From the NCBI RefSeq assembly GCF_000284115.1, contig NC_017080.1, positions 330,001-362,000 on the forward strand: a stretch of DNA of 32,000 nt. The letters run 5' to 3'. Below the pieces are notes generated by a model, which was not told where the DNA came from, searched no databases, and saw only the letters and a program-made list of their open reading frames with translations. The position numbers were made by a program, and so were the translations under genes. This document shows positions 30,914 to 32,000 of the stretch, one piece after another (position 1 is the stretch's first letter; every line of letters starts with the position of its first letter). Origin of the DNA: Phycisphaera mikurensis NBRC 102666. GTDB taxonomy: Bacteria > Planctomycetota > Phycisphaerae > Phycisphaerales > Phycisphaeraceae.

Positions 30914-31078
30914 TCGTGCGGTTCCTGCTCCGCCGCGGGGTGTGACGCCGCGTGGCGTCCGTTTGCGCGGAACCTTGCGGGCGTGCCGGTCTCGGCGGGG
31001 CCACCGGTACACTCCGCCGCGCGCCGGCTGTTCTTGTTTTCGGCCGGGCGAGATCCCGTTCGAAAGGAAGACCTCCCC

Positions 31079-31525
31079 ATGGCTGAATCCGGCGAAACCA
31101 CTGTCATCGGCTCCGACTCGCACTTCAAGGGCGAGCTGACCTTCGAGAAGACGGCCAAGATCGTTGGACGCTTCGAGGGCACGATCGTCGGCAAGGGCGA
31201 GCTCAACGTCGTCAACAGCGCCGAGTGCCGGGCGGACGTCTCCGCCGCCGTCGCCAACGTCGACGGCACCATCGAGGGCAACGTCGACGCGGACGACACG
31301 GTCCGGCTCAACGCCAACGGGACGGTCCGCGGCGACGTGACCGCGGCGAAGATGGTGATGGCCGAAGGCGCGAGCTTCTACGGCATGTGCAACGTGGGCC
31401 CGGACGCCAAGAAGAGCGGCGGGCGTTCGTCGGCTCCCGCGAGCACCCCGCCGAGCCCGCCGCCGAGCGGCGGCGGCGGGAACAGCCCCGGCGGCGGCTC
31501 CGGCGGCGGCAACGACAAGAAGTAG
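31079..31525 (+). CDS. Bactofilin (polymer-forming cytoskeletal protein)
   Basis: MAESGETTVIGSDSHFKGELTFEKTAKIVGRFEGTIVGKGELNVVNSAECRADVSAAVANVDGTIEGNVDADDTVRLNANGTVRGDVTA; short beta-solenoid repeats. ATG at 31079, not the track's 30983. Confidence 0.92.
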   Translation: MAESGETTVIGSDSHFKGELTFEKTAKIVGRFEGTIVGKGELNVVNSAECRADVSAAVANVDGTIEGNVDADDTVRLNANGTVRGDVTAAKMVMAEGASFYGMCNVGPDAKKSGGRSSAPASTPPSPPPSGGGGNSPGGGSGGGNDKK

Positions 31526-31663
31526 GCCCGCGGCGGAGCCGGGCGCGCAGGACCTCCTCCCGCCGAGGCGGCGGGGGTGCCCTGCGCCCGGCCCGCCCGC
31601 CGACGCTCGGTGTTTTCTTCCGCGCCGGCTTCCCCGCCCGCCGCTCGCTCCCCGCTCCTGCCC

Positions 31664-32000
31664 TTGGCCAAAGCCGCCGGCCCCAGGTTGGTCCAGTGCT
31701 ACCTGTGCGGACACCGCTTCGAGGTGTCCGGGCGGGCGCAATCCACGTCGTGCCCGGGCTGCAACCGGGCGGTCCGCGTCGCGGACGAGACGCTGGGCAC
31801 CGGCAAGCGGCGCGGCCCGATCCGCGAGCTCCGCACGTGCGGCCGGATCGTGATCGGCAAGCGGGCCCGCCTCATCTGCGAGCACGTCGAGGCGCACGGC
31901 GGGCTCGAGTGCCTCGGCATCCTCGACGCGCGCGACGTCGTCCTCGGCGGCGGGGGCCTGCGCCTCGGTCCCAAGGCGGAGTTCAAGGGCGAGCTGCACG
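31664..32000 (+). CDS. Zinc-ribbon protein with bactofilin-like segment, partial at right window edge
   Basis: Manual translation: LAKAAGPRLVQCYLCGHRFEVSGRAQSTSCPGCNRAVRVADETLGTGKRRGPIRELRTCGRIVIGKRARLICEHVEAHGGLECLGILDARDVVLGGGGLRLGPKAEFKGELH, with no stop to the edge. Not in the track. Start (TTG 31664, or GTG 31610) uncertain. Confidence 0.7.
   Translation, partial: MAKAAGPRLVQCYLCGHRFEVSGRAQSTSCPGCNRAVRVADETLGTGKRRGPIRELRTCGRIVIGKRARLICEHVEAHGGLECLGILDARDVVLGGGGLRLGPKAEFKGELH

Overview
Very GC-rich chromosomal window whose gene content looks planctomycete/Phycisphaerae-like (inference). It is densely coding and contains mostly recognisable genes: a glycosyltransferase fragment, TrmH-family RNA methyltransferase, dihydrolipoyl dehydrogenase, VanZ-like protein, transglutaminase/DUF2126 protein, B12-binding protein, M48 peptidase lipoprotein, MenG/UbiE, a three-gene pilin-like cluster followed by a fibro-slime-domain protein, a coupled pair of ketosynthase-family genes, a PEP-CTERM protein, a CPA2 antiporter, a TatD-family hydrolase, RsmE, SufBCD plus an IscA/SufA-type protein, a small lipoprotein, a bactofilin, and a partial zinc-ribbon/bactofilin-like gene. 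The ORF track omits the two edge genes and often reports over-extended ORFs. The main non-coding discovery is a dispersed element: eight copies in 32 kb of a fixed-length structure (46 bp, once 47 bp) with inverted 10-bp ends CCGCGGACCG...CGGTCCGCGG and a largely non-conserved 26-bp interior, always between genes or at gene ends. A second, unrelated repeat lies at about 20011-20506: a roughly 200-bp unit repeated about 2.5 times, with 27-bp inverted arms. Other leads are the ketosynthase paralogue that lacks both catalytic histidine motifs and the large PilX-like protein with EF-hand-like motifs. I found no rRNA, tRNA, CRISPR array, transposase or obvious defence system.
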